Virus record (IMG/VR): IMGVR_UViG_3300042890_005066
Location: 1,777 to 65,776 of that record
Direction: 5' to 3' (one strand)
From: a virus
Taxonomy: Duplodnaviria > Caudoviricetes
Length of the DNA stretch: 64,000 nucleotides
This document shows, piece after piece, positions 29,243 to 39,138 of the stretch. Within the stretch, counting starts at the first letter, position 1; each line of letters starts with the position of its first letter. The notes beneath the pieces were generated by a model. It was not told where the DNA came from and did not search any database. It saw nothing but the letters and a program-made list of their open reading frames with translations. A program made the translations under genes and the position numbers.

Positions 29243-29803
29243 ATGCTAGATTCTGCTAGAAACCTGTCGACGACAACAAGAGAAACTGTAAGCCAAACAG
29301 ACCTATCAAAAAACATAAACAAGATAGAGGACACTTTTGCTCATTATTATACGGCTTCCCCGGGTGCTGAACATTATAGGCTACTAGCATATATCAGTTA
29401 TTTCACTAACGGAACCAATATCCTAGACATCGGAACTTATCTAGGATATTCATCGATAGCATTAAGCCAAAACAATAACAATAAAATTATTTCATACGAC
29501 GTTAACAAACAACACAACCAAGAAGATCACGATAATGTTACTTATCGGATAGGTGATGCTAGAGACTTTGAGGATTTTGAAAACACAAAAGTGATATTGT
29601 TAGATACATATCACGACGGTGTATATGAAGAAAAATTCATAGAGCATTTAAGATCGATAAAATGGCATGGGTTACTCATCATGGATGATATCCATGAATA
29701 CCCGCAGTTGAAAGAATTATACGACAAATTGCCAGAAGAAAAATACGACATAACAAATATTGGTCACTGGTCAGGGACTGGTATAGTACTATTTCAAAAA
29801 TAA
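29243..29803 (+). CDS. SAM-dependent O-methyltransferase (Methyltransf_24-like)
   Basis: ILDIGTYLGYS, ILLDTYHDG, LIMDDI, GTGIV. Confidence 0.75.
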   Translation: MLDSARNLSTTTRETVSQTDLSKNINKIEDTFAHYYTASPGAEHYRLLAYISYFTNGTNILDIGTYLGYSSIALSQNNNNKIISYDVNKQHNQEDHDNVTYRIGDARDFEDFENTKVILLDTYHDGVYEEKFIEHLRSIKWHGLLIMDDIHEYPQLKELYDKLPEEKYDITNIGHWSGTGIVLFQK

Positions 29804-29840
29804 ACTAAAACTCCCTTAATCAATTGGATATCGCGATATA

Positions 29841-30479
29841 ATGATTAATCTTGATAGGATCACGGCTGTTTGCTGGGATGGGCGGCCTTTGACACCGGAG
29901 CGCTCATCTAGATATCAAGCTATTTTTAAGCATATGTCAAACAAATTCAAATTTGCTGCGATTAACTTATATATAAATGGTAGTTTTAACTATGAAGGAG
30001 TAAAAGTTACCAACATTAATGAATCTAGCATAAACGATTACAATATATGGTGCCAAACCAAATTAGCTGACTCTTTTAACACTGATTTTGTGTTAGTATT
30101 TCAAGACGATGGCTTCCCAATACATCCTGATAATTGGAAAAACGAGTTTTACGAATATGACTACATAGGTGCGCCATGGCCCTTATATATAGGATGGCCA
30201 AAAGAAAATTTTCAGGTAGGTAATGGCGGTTTTAGTTTAAGATCGAAGAAAATATGCACAAGAGTACAAAAATTCCCTGCTACAACTAGCAATGAAGATG
30301 CAGTTCTCTGCTCAAATTATAAACCATTGCTGGAGAAAGAGGGCTTTAAATGGGCACCCATAGATGTGGCTAAAAGCTTTGCTATTGAATTCCCAATAGA
30401 CGAAAAACATTCATTAGCCAGCGTATTTGGATATCATGGAAATGTGCATAATCATGAAATATCTAAGATCATATTTTGA
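29841..30479 (+). CDS. DUF5672-like putative glycosyltransferase
   Basis: LVFQDDG, YDYIGAPW, VGNGGFSLRS, NED, FGYH. Confidence 0.8.
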   Translation: MINLDRITAVCWDGRPLTPERSSRYQAIFKHMSNKFKFAAINLYINGSFNYEGVKVTNINESSINDYNIWCQTKLADSFNTDFVLVFQDDGFPIHPDNWKNEFYEYDYIGAPWPLYIGWPKENFQVGNGGFSLRSKKICTRVQKFPATTSNEDAVLCSNYKPLLEKEGFKWAPIDVAKSFAIEFPIDEKHSLASVFGYHGNVHNHEISKIIF

Positions 30480-30554
30480 AGCAGTGTTTTGATTCTACTA
30501 GGCCGAAAAACGTTGTAGCAACGGACGATTAAAAATAATATGAGGAGCTAAATA

Positions 30555-31190
30555 ATGAGCATTATGATAGGCATACCTGTAATTTATAATGAGACTTGTG
30601 TAAGAATATGCTTAGAACACTTAAAAAATCAAAACATCGAATTATTCATAATAGATAATAACTCAGAAGAATCGATCAAAAAACTAATCGAACCATATAA
30701 AAAAATAGTAAACGCACAAAACGTATACGTGAACCCAGCATGGAACCAAATACTAGAGGAATTCCTTAAAACAGGCCATGACCTATTAGTCATAATGAAT
30801 AGCGACCTTTACCTTAATCACGACGTTATAAAAAAACTAAGCGAACTAGACTTAGATAGAGATAAAACCATAGCATGTCTAAACCTAGTAGACCTCTTCT
30901 ATGAATGCGAGAGGCAAATAACCTATGTTAGTGGTGGCGTAGCAGGCGTCTTTATCCCCTTAACCAAAAAAATGGCAAGAGAAGTATACCCAATACCGCC
31001 AGAACTAAAAATCTGGTACGGTGATAACTGGATATATGAAAAACTCAAAAAAATAGGCTACCAGCTAACAATCTTTAACGATTTGCAAGCCCAACACATC
31101 TGGAGCAGTAGCGTGGGCGTACTGCCAGAAGCACACCAAGTTATAGAACAGGACCAACTAGCATGGCCGACAGTACAGACACGCATCTGA
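30555..31190 (+). CDS. GT2-like glycosyltransferase
   Basis: IGIPV, IIDNNS, YVNPAWN, MNSD, WYGDNW. Confidence 0.75.
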   Translation: MSIMIGIPVIYNETCVRICLEHLKNQNIELFIIDNNSEESIKKLIEPYKKIVNAQNVYVNPAWNQILEEFLKTGHDLLVIMNSDLYLNHDVIKKLSELDLDRDKTIACLNLVDLFYECERQITYVSGGVAGVFIPLTKKMAREVYPIPPELKIWYGDNWIYEKLKKIGYQLTIFNDLQAQHIWSSSVGVLPEAHQVIEQDQLAWPTVQTRI

Positions 31191-31759
31191 CCCGCGACAT
31201 CATAATCAACAGACTTATCCAACAAAAAGAATACAAATCATACCTAGAGATAGGAATCCAATACAAAGTCAATTGGAACCTTATTAAATGCCAAGACATG
31301 GTCGGCGTAGAACCGTCAGCAGATGAAATGCATGACGACAGAATAATCAAAGTCACAAGCGATCAATACTTCGCAAACCACACCAAAACTTTTGACATTA
31401 TATTCATAGACGGCGACCATAACGCACCAACCGTAAGCAGAGATCTCGAGAATTCATTCAAAGTTTTAAACGAAGGAGGAACAGTTGTTTTACATGACAC
31501 CTATCCTCCAGAAGAAGAGTTCACACACCCGTACAGATGTGGGACAGTATACGAAGCTGTCTGGCAATTCAGACAAAACCCGGGCTTCGACATACTCACA
31601 TACCAACATGATTTTGGAGTCTGCCTTATGAAGAGGGGACAGACTGACAAGACAATACATCCAAAGACAACATACTCGGACTACGTGAACAACGCTAGAG
31701 AAATTATCAACTTAAAAAACACAAACGAAGAATTTTACAGAGCATTAAAAGAATGGTGA
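31163..31759 (+). CDS. SAM-dependent methyltransferase (Methyltransf_24-like)
   Basis: YLEIG, FDIIFIDGDH, LNEGGTVVLHDT. Confidence 0.85.
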   Translation: MADSTDTHLTRDIIINRLIQQKEYKSYLEIGIQYKVNWNLIKCQDMVGVEPSADEMHDDRIIKVTSDQYFANHTKTFDIIFIDGDHNAPTVSRDLENSFKVLNEGGTVVLHDTYPPEEEFTHPYRCGTVYEAVWQFRQNPGFDILTYQHDFGVCLMKRGQTDKTIHPKTTYSDYVNNAREIINLKNTNEEFYRALKEW

Positions 31760-31760
31760 T

Positions 31761-32123
31761 CTAACCAGACGTTGCAAAGTTTATCTCGTGGGTCACCGTT
31801 TCTGCCGCATCTTTGGGTATCCATGTTGCTTCAGCCTTAGAGGGCGAAACAAACTCGATCGAGTGATAAAACCAAGGGGAATACCATTCGAACAATACCG
31901 TCTGATTCACAGACGCTGAGACTCTATGAGGAGCCGGTATCAGACCACTCTCAAATTGGGCGAAAAAGCGCGACGCCGAATCCACAAGCTCAACAGGTGG
32001 AGTAATTGAATCTTCCCCATCAAAATTATTCTCATAATTCCGTATTCTAAGTAATTCAGAGTAAATAAATTCAGGCGGCGTCTTGGCCCCCACAACGATC
32101 TTGTCACTCATCACACGCTCCAT
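31761..32123 (-). CDS. hypothetical protein
   Basis: NNFDGEDSITP...VLFEW pattern of small phage proteins. Confidence 0.55.
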   Translation of the reverse strand: MERVMSDKIVVGAKTPPEFIYSELLRIRNYENNFDGEDSITPPVELVDSASRFFAQFESGLIPAPHRVSASVNQTVLFEWYSPWFYHSIEFVSPSKAEATWIPKDAAETVTHEINFATSG

Positions 32124-32152
32124 TCTTAAAATTCTTTAATTAAGATACATCA

Positions 32153-33856
32153 TTAGTCGTGAGTAATTCTATCCTTGATTTCCGTAAACCATTCATTAGG
32201 TGCTTTGTGTCTATTGACAGAATATAGTTTTATATCACTAGTGTCATATTCTTTATTTATAGAGGCTAACATAGTATTATCAACATGTAGCACCACCCGA
32301 TCAGCCATGACCTTACATTTCCGTATTAATGGCATGAAAAATGCCGATTCCCACTTCTCATAAGTCCCATAATTAACTCCATCCAAGTAATCCTCCTTAT
32401 TATAAAATGGCGGAGATGTCAGAATAAAATCCGACTTCTTCCAATCATAGTCTTGCCATTTTTTATTTTGAATATCGTATCCAGATCCTAGAAATTTTTG
32501 GATGCGTTTTAAACCCTCAAAAGTCACACCAGGATCAGTAGCTTCATACTCATAATTTAAAACATATGCAACCAAAAGTCTGTTACCCCAACCAGCACAA
32601 GGGTCGAACCATTTCCCTTTTAGACCAAAATTCTTGATAGCCGCTAGTATGACTGGGACACTTAACAAAGAAGCACTAGACAAACCAGTATATTTAAGCT
32701 CTCTGAGAAGCCTAGCCGGGTATAGCTTATCCTCTTGCTTTAAGAACGCTTGCGTAGCTCTTCTAACATGCTTTTCATGCTTGATCAAATCGGCTAAACA
32801 GGGTGTATTATTCTGTCTTATACGAAATATAATTGGCTGGTAATGCGATATGACTTTATTGCCAGGTGCTAAACCATTCCTAATGCCCTCGCCTTCAATG
32901 AGATAGTTCTTAAGATTAATATTCTTGCAGTCCTCTAAATCTTTAGATACATCATATTTCGGATTAGACCATCCTTCTGATAGTAAACGCTTAAGTATAA
33001 TCTGTTCAGTATTCTCATTTACACATGTTACTCTAAAATCATGCATATTATTCCATTCTATCCCATCAGATTTAACTAACGCACTATTAAATTTAAGCTT
33101 TTTTCGCAGAAGACAATACATGTAGCCGTTTTTGTAAATATAGCTGTGAAATGTCTCCACATTTTTTAGATTTGGATATACTAAAGCGTAAACACCTTTC
33201 CTATCCCTCACGATATTGGCAGGCCCACCGTCCACTATAATTCTATTCTTGATGGCTTCTAAATGGTCCTCGTACTTGCACACGATATTCGCATACCACC
33301 TTCTTTTCTTGCGATGTAACCTTTTCTGAGAACTGATGCAGCCATCTCCATCAAAATAGCCTCTAACAAATACAGAAAACAAGTCGTCAGGGATAACATC
33401 AAGAATCCTCGAATTTAAGCCAGTCTTATAATCAAGCCAGCCAAGCTCTATTAACTTCTTGCCCATGTAAACATCGTTAAACACGACAGAAACACGCCTA
33501 TGACCGTCCCGGTTTGACACATGCAACTTGCCCCTATATCCTACAAATCTAGCGAATTCTTCTAAGTGGAGTTGATCTCTGTCCTGTATCGACAACCTCA
33601 AAGCCCGAAACGTACCAGCCGACTTTGCCAAACAACCGTCAGCAAGCAAAAATCCAAGCCAATAGGCTTTCTCAGGCATATCGATATTGTCAAAGATAGT
33701 GCTGTTAATTGTATAGGATCTAACACCCACACTATGGCCTTTCAAATCGGCCTTCTTCATTAGCCTTCTAATGGTTTTAATACTGACATTTAGGGATTCC
33801 GCCATCGATTGCTGAGTAGCACCATTAGAGTGCATCTCTCTGATTCTGTCTATCAT
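32153..33856 (-). CDS. HTH + LAGLIDADG endonuclease fused to amino-DNA methyltransferase
   Basis: N-terminal HTH; YWLGFLLADGC and FVRGYFDGDGC; C-terminal FDPCAGWG (motif I) and TSPPF (motif IV). Confidence 0.8.
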   Translation of the reverse strand: MIDRIREMHSNGATQQSMAESLNVSIKTIRRLMKKADLKGHSVGVRSYTINSTIFDNIDMPEKAYWLGFLLADGCLAKSAGTFRALRLSIQDRDQLHLEEFARFVGYRGKLHVSNRDGHRRVSVVFNDVYMGKKLIELGWLDYKTGLNSRILDVIPDDLFSVFVRGYFDGDGCISSQKRLHRKKRRWYANIVCKYEDHLEAIKNRIIVDGGPANIVRDRKGVYALVYPNLKNVETFHSYIYKNGYMYCLLRKKLKFNSALVKSDGIEWNNMHDFRVTCVNENTEQIILKRLLSEGWSNPKYDVSKDLEDCKNINLKNYLIEGEGIRNGLAPGNKVISHYQPIIFRIRQNNTPCLADLIKHEKHVRRATQAFLKQEDKLYPARLLRELKYTGLSSASLLSVPVILAAIKNFGLKGKWFDPCAGWGNRLLVAYVLNYEYEATDPGVTFEGLKRIQKFLGSGYDIQNKKWQDYDWKKSDFILTSPPFYNKEDYLDGVNYGTYEKWESAFFMPLIRKCKVMADRVVLHVDNTMLASINKEYDTSDIKLYSVNRHKAPNEWFTEIKDRITHD

Positions 33857-34016
33857 ATCGATCTCCTATGGGTACTTTTATAAAATACACATACCGTGTA
33901 CGTAATATATTTTTTAATAAAAGTACCAACTGAGTTTCTATTATTCTTAATATTATATCAAGCGATACCAAGCTATAACTTTGCCATATTCTGTCATATT
34001 TTTTAGTAGAAATACT

Positions 34017-34046
34017 AAGACGCCCCAGATTTCTCTGGGGCGTCTT
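34017..34046 (-). terminator. terminator hairpin after major capsid gene
   Basis: 13-bp stem AAGACGCCCCAGA with GAAA loop (minus strand); weak U tract. Confidence 0.7.
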
Positions 34047-34078
34047 GTGGCTTCCTTACTGTTTCTGAAAATCAGAAC

Positions 34079-35665
34079 TCACAGGTTAGAAACATTAATT
34101 GTCGCATAGTACAGACCGCCATCTTCAATCAGCTTCTTACCATAACGGCACATGATGCCCTTCGATGGCGAGTAGCTGTTGGGGTCGAGAACCGTAGGGG
34201 TACTCAGCAGCGGAATATAAGGAGCATAGAAGTAGCCAGCATCCAGAACGCTTGATCCCTTGAAGCCCATCAGGATTTTGCAGTTAGGGAACAATGGGTC
34301 CTTGTAGAGGCGCATCTTGCCTTGGATTGTTCCAACGTTCATGATGCCGATGTCCACACCTTCGGTGTTCATGGCGTCTGAGGCGCGGAAGTCGTTGAGT
34401 TGCTCGAACTTCGATGCGATGTCGGCGCTCATAACCATCCAGTTAGCAGGGCCACGCAGGGTGGTTCTGTGGATGATGTTGGCAACTTCGAGTGACTTGT
34501 ACATCAGGGCGATGTTACGGTCGGTGAAGTTAACCGAGGCACCAGCGGCGGTGGCGAAGTTGTGATCGGCGCGGATAGCAGCAGCAATGATGAGGTCATT
34601 GATGATTTCCCGGTCGATTTCGGCAACCATTTCGTCGGCCATGAGGTCGGTCAAGGTGCTCTCAGCGTCAATGTTGTGAACTGACTTGAGGTCTTGAGCG
34701 GCTTCGAGGCTCCAGGAGGTCTTCAGCTTACGGGTGATTGCGGAGACCGAATCACTGTCGATGCTGAGGGTGACTTCTGGCTGGAATGGGTTGGATTCCA
34801 GGTCGTACTCGTAGTTGATGCGAGCGATCGCGCCAACTGGGTAGATGCCTGCTGTGAGGCGGATGTTTACTTCGCCGGTGGCGTGGTTGAAGCTTGAAGA
34901 GGCTTCGTTGACTGCCAGATTAGCGGTGAAGCTACAGTCGCCGATGACAACCGTGTCGACTGCGCCGTCGGAGTCGAAGGTGACGCGGAGACATGGTGTT
35001 GGGTCGTTACAAGCTGGGCTTGCTCCGGCTTCGTCGGCGTAGACTTCTACGGCTACTGTACCGGCGAGTACTGGGCGGTGAGCCAGTGTTTGTTGGACGT
35101 GGTTGCGGTTCAGAATCGTACCGGTTTCACCCACAACTTGTTGTGAGGAGTAGTATGGGTCGAGAGCCCAGCCGTTGTTACGGGCGTAACTTTGGGCTGT
35201 GTTTTGGCGCATGATCTGTGTTCCGGCGACCGTTTGTCCCTTGGAGAGGGCGTAGCGATAGCGGATGTAGAAGATGAGCGATGCTGGCTGGCTCATTGGC
35301 TGGACACCGACCAGGTTGTCGGCGATCAGCTTTGGATATGATTTGCGGATGAGGGGGAGGGCAAACCGTGTGAAGTCAGCGATGTTCGATGTCGTGGTTT
35401 GGTCTTCCAGGATCATGGAGCGACGTTCTGGGTTCCAGGCGTTGAACTGGTTTTCCAGGATGCTTGCCATGAGGCCGAATTTGGCCTTAGGTACTTCTTT
35501 GCACTTGTTGAGGACTGAGGCCCATTTACCAACGAGTTGGTTTTTCTTGGACTCGTGGATGATGCTAGCCTTGTGGAGGTCCGTGGCGGCTCCAGCGATG
35601 GCTTGGCGGTTTTCGGTGAGGTGACGACGGCCTTGTGGGGCGCGTGATTGTGTTCTGGGTAGCAT
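34079..35665 (-). CDS. gp23: major capsid protein (T4 gp23-like)
   Basis: LVGVQPMSQP, TRKLKTSWSLEAAQDL, EMVAEIDREII, GYFYAPYIPL, P.KGIMCRYG. Confidence 0.97.
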   Translation of the reverse strand: MLPRTQSRAPQGRRHLTENRQAIAGAATDLHKASIIHESKKNQLVGKWASVLNKCKEVPKAKFGLMASILENQFNAWNPERRSMILEDQTTTSNIADFTRFALPLIRKSYPKLIADNLVGVQPMSQPASLIFYIRYRYALSKGQTVAGTQIMRQNTAQSYARNNGWALDPYYSSQQVVGETGTILNRNHVQQTLAHRPVLAGTVAVEVYADEAGASPACNDPTPCLRVTFDSDGAVDTVVIGDCSFTANLAVNEASSSFNHATGEVNIRLTAGIYPVGAIARINYEYDLESNPFQPEVTLSIDSDSVSAITRKLKTSWSLEAAQDLKSVHNIDAESTLTDLMADEMVAEIDREIINDLIIAAAIRADHNFATAAGASVNFTDRNIALMYKSLEVANIIHRTTLRGPANWMVMSADIASKFEQLNDFRASDAMNTEGVDIGIMNVGTIQGKMRLYKDPLFPNCKILMGFKGSSVLDAGYFYAPYIPLLSTPTVLDPNSYSPSKGIMCRYGKKLIEDGGLYYATINVSNL

Positions 35666-35717
35666 TTACTAACTCCGTACCTGTTCAGGAAAAAGTGTGT
35701 GAAATCGGATTCTAGTG

Positions 35718-36428
35718 TCAGACGAGGTCCGTGTCCATGTTTGCCGCGATGTCTAGGACTGTAATGTTACTGGTCGGTCGGACAGTTACGTTACTTTGTC
35801 TTGGCTTCGAGGCTGGACGGCGCTCTTGGCTTTCGAGAAGAGTGGCGCGAGTCGTTGTCGGTTTGCTTTGACGCACGGTTGGTTCCATTCGGCGGGGTGA
35901 GCGGTTTTCTACAACCGGTCTGCTCGCGTTTTGGAATTTAGCGTTTTCTGCGACTAGGGCTCGGTTCTGCTTCAGGGCTTTTTCGGCGATAGCTGTCTTA
36001 CGATTAGCTTCGGCGACTGCTCTGTTGCGTTCTTCTGCAAGTTGCTGAGCTCGACGGTTGGCTTTTTCCAGAGCGGCGGCGGATTGTCCATTTGCAATAC
36101 CATTCAGCTGTACGCCTTCGAGCAGTGCTCGAACGCTCTTGAGCTTGGTCATTGCTTGGGATTCGCTTAATGCCGACATTTTAGCCAGCTGGGTCTCGAT
36201 CGCAGCGGATTTTGTCTCACAGAAAATCTGGAGACGACGGGCTAGCTCACGCTTGTGGGCTTCCGTTTCTTCGACGCAGACCTTCTTGGTTTTTTCAACT
36301 GTGCTATTAAAATTAGCAGCAAATTGCTCTTGAAGACCTGTCTTGTATCTGTCCAAAGATTCAGCAATCGCATTTACCAATTCAGGCTTGCAACCAGACT
36401 TGGAGAGCAACTCTTTGATCTTATCCAT
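35718..36428 (-). CDS. prohead core scaffold (gp22-like)
   Basis: Coiled-coil protein immediately upstream of MCP, with LSE/VVE/LLE sites. Confidence 0.7.
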   Translation of the reverse strand: MDKIKELLSKSGCKPELVNAIAESLDRYKTGLQEQFAANFNSTVEKTKKVCVEETEAHKRELARRLQIFCETKSAAIETQLAKMSALSESQAMTKLKSVRALLEGVQLNGIANGQSAAALEKANRRAQQLAEERNRAVAEANRKTAIAEKALKQNRALVAENAKFQNASRPVVENRSPRRMEPTVRQSKPTTTRATLLESQERRPASKPRQSNVTVRPTSNITVLDIAANMDTDLV

Positions 36429-36520
36429 TATCAGCTCCTATAGGGACCAGTTTAGCTTATTTTTGCCGAAATCCCTAAAAATATTCATACTCGGCACAAT
36501 AGTCATATAGTATTTTTTTC

Positions 36521-37447
36521 TCAATCATCATCGTCTATGTCATCATCACCAGTATAAGCAGCCTTCATATCCTGCAAAATCTTACCAATCTGATCCATAG
36601 CATCAGCCACAGCACCACGATCCTTCAACTTATCCAACATAGCAGCCTTCAATGCTGAAAAATCACCCTTCAACGTTGCCTTCATCCTATCTGGAACTAC
36701 ACCATACACACCATCCAAAGTAGCAAGATTATCAACATGCTGCTCAGCAACATCATCAGGACACTGCAAAACCCGCTTGATAATCCTCTTCGCACCCTTC
36801 TGCAAATTAATAAACTTTAATTGCTTCTCCTTTTCATCTGACTTCTTAACAACATTCTCCTTAACATGCTTAACTAAATCAGCAGATAAGCCAGACTCAC
36901 CCGCCACAATAGAATCATACACAGCCTTGGAAATATAATAGTCCTCACGATACGGAATATAAGCATATTTATGAAGAGCCGGCTCATCCAAAAACCGTTT
37001 CATAAACCTATCATACACAATGTTCATATCATCAGAATACCCAGAAAAATTCAAAAATGCTGGAGCATCACCATGTCTATCAACATAATCAGTTAAACAA
37101 TTAATCATAACACTGTAAACAAACACCTCATTCTTTAAACCAGTCTTATCAAAATTTTCTATCACATTAGGTTTATTACCCCAAGTTAACCCCATACCAA
37201 CAGAACCAGGATACTCACTCAAAATGGCCCTAAACAACTGGGACATTCTAGGGGGATCATTAGTTATATTCACTTTATAATAAGGACTTTTAGCCCCAAG
37301 CTTCGGATCTCTAAAGACATAGTCATAATCACCATTCTTGATAATGGGCTCTATACCCAGGCTTTTTAACTTCTGCGGATCTCGATCAAACACTTCATTA
37401 AGAACAAGGCTTACTTTTTCATTGAATCTCATAGCGCACCCCAACAT
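36521..37447 (-). CDS. hypothetical protein, possible head-internal protein
   Basis: MRFNEKVSLVLNE leader; lies within head module. Confidence 0.6.
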   Translation of the reverse strand: MLGCAMRFNEKVSLVLNEVFDRDPQKLKSLGIEPIIKNGDYDYVFRDPKLGAKSPYYKVNITNDPPRMSQLFRAILSEYPGSVGMGLTWGNKPNVIENFDKTGLKNEVFVYSVMINCLTDYVDRHGDAPAFLNFSGYSDDMNIVYDRFMKRFLDEPALHKYAYIPYREDYYISKAVYDSIVAGESGLSADLVKHVKENVVKKSDEKEKQLKFINLQKGAKRIIKRVLQCPDDVAEQHVDNLATLDGVYGVVPDRMKATLKGDFSALKAAMLDKLKDRGAVADAMDQIGKILQDMKAAYTGDDDIDDDD

Positions 37448-37503
37448 GGTTCAAGTATAAAATATTTTCACAATCAAACCATAACGGCGACAAGACTACA
37501 TTA

Positions 37504-37602
37504 TCAGCTCTTATAAGATGAACACTTAATAGCAAACCCAACAACAAGTATACCCACAATGAACCAACCAATCAGTTCTACTATCAGCCTGATGCACAGC
37601 AT
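37504..37602 (-). CDS. 32-aa single-TM peptide (not in ORF track)
   Basis: GAGGGG RBS; MLCIRLIVELIGWFIVGILVVGFAIKCSSYKS. Confidence 0.45.
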   Translation of the reverse strand: MLCIRLIVELIGWFIVGILVVGFAIKCSSYKS

Positions 37603-37624
37603 AGATCACCCCTCGCAAAGCACA

Positions 37625-38329
37625 TCAAAATGTAACGTACTTGATATTTGAAAAGCAAAACTGGTGCCTCTGCCCAGAAGTCAAATGTCCCTGCCAACCA
37701 TCAGGAATATAGCAAGTCGTGTCAGCCTTACCTAAAGCAGAAGCAAGAACAGCCTGACCACTAAATGAACACACAAAATGATGACAACTATGGATAACGT
37801 CAGCATAGTGCATCAACGAATCAACATCAACATGTCCATTAACGGAGAACTCATTATTCACAACCGTGGTAACCTTGCGCTTAAAAACAGGGCTCACTAC
37901 AAGCTTACCCGGGAACTGCTCCCGAATCATCTCGTTGAATCGCAACGGTATGCTTTTAGAACCACTCACACCACTAATATCTATGACAATTATATCCTTA
38001 AGCTCATCAATAAAATTGGGCTTGTAATATAACTTGCAAAGGTCATTCTTAGGGGCAAAACCATGAGCGATCTCTTGATTAAAAACAATGTTTTTATGAG
38101 GTACTAGCCTCTTATCATACATGCAACTACCGATATTATGCGGTTCTTTCGATATGCCTTTAACAAATGGATTTGTCCCCCACACTAGGTCGTATATCTC
38201 CGGACTCCTATAGGCATTAGCTTCTGAGACGTAAAAATCCCATCCACGATCAGCGTATAACTCCGGCAATGTGCTGTATTGAAGATTATCTCCGAGGCCA
38301 CCCCAAGGCTGAAACAAGATTTTATTCAT
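37625..38329 (-). CDS. putative GT-B glycosyltransferase
   Basis: GGLGDNL, NPFV, FVCSFSG..LASAL. Confidence 0.55.
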   Translation of the reverse strand: MNKILFQPWGGLGDNLQYSTLPELYADRGWDFYVSEANAYRSPEIYDLVWGTNPFVKGISKEPHNIGSCMYDKRLVPHKNIVFNQEIAHGFAPKNDLCKLYYKPNFIDELKDIIVIDISGVSGSKSIPLRFNEMIREQFPGKLVVSPVFKRKVTTVVNNEFSVNGHVDVDSLMHYADVIHSCHHFVCSFSGQAVLASALGKADTTCYIPDGWQGHLTSGQRHQFCFSNIKYVTF

Positions 38330-38400
38330 ATATCCTTCTTTGGTCTTAGAGACATTCTAGTAGTATTTACATATAGCCGAACAACATAAGGGACCAAAAA

Positions 38401-39138
38401 ATGAACAATATACCAGCTAATAGAGAGACCTGCGAAATCTCTTTGAATATCCTAAAAAGAATGCAACCATGGGGGGTAAAAAACTCGCCATATGCTTATA
38501 ACCATATAGTTCCTGCCTCTACACTAAGCCCTTGGTATAGCGATATAGAATTCATAGAAATCTATTCCAAAATAGGCATAAACTACACCCTCGTCGACCA
38601 TTATAGGTGCTATGAACTCTGGACGCTAGCAAAGCAGACCCACAAGATACCAGGTGTAATCCTTGAAGTTGGTGTATGGAGAGGAGGCTCCGGGGCTCTT
38701 CTAGCCAAAGCCGCACCCGACAAAAAAGTATACTTGGCAGATACGTTTAGTGGGGTCGTCAAGGCATCCAGTAAAGACTTAACTTACATTGGTGGAGAAC
38801 ATTCTGATACTTCTAGAGCGACAGTCCAGACAATACTGGACGAATTAGACATTACAAACGCGGAGGTGCTAGTTGGCGTATTTCCCGACGACACTGGGCA
38901 TATGATTTCAGAAAATATAGCGCTATTACATTGTGATGTAGACGTCTTTGAGTCAGCAAGAGACATTACGCAATGGTGCCTGCCAAAGCTTTCAGTCGGT
39001 GGTATACTCGTATTTGATGACTATGGGTTTGAACAATGCAATGGAATAAGCTTACTTTGTGATATGCTTAGAGAAGATGAGAATTTACTGTTTTTATATA
39101 ATCTAAATGGGCATGCGATATTCATTAAAATTAAATGA
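38401..39138 (+). CDS. TylF/MycF-family sugar O-methyltransferase
   Basis: GVILEVGVWRGGS, DTFSG, LLHCDVD, GGILVFDDYG. Confidence 0.88.
   Translation: MNNIPANRETCEISLNILKRMQPWGVKNSPYAYNHIVPASTLSPWYSDIEFIEIYSKIGINYTLVDHYRCYELWTLAKQTHKIPGVILEVGVWRGGSGALLAKAAPDKKVYLADTFSGVVKASSKDLTYIGGEHSDTSRATVQTILDELDITNAEVLVGVFPDDTGHMISENIALLHCDVDVFESARDITQWCLPKLSVGGILVFDDYGFEQCNGISLLCDMLREDENLLFLYNLNGHAIFIKIK

Noticed and set aside
32153-33856. Intein or group I intron around the LAGLIDADG domain
   Set aside because: No splice-junction motifs and no interrupted host gene.
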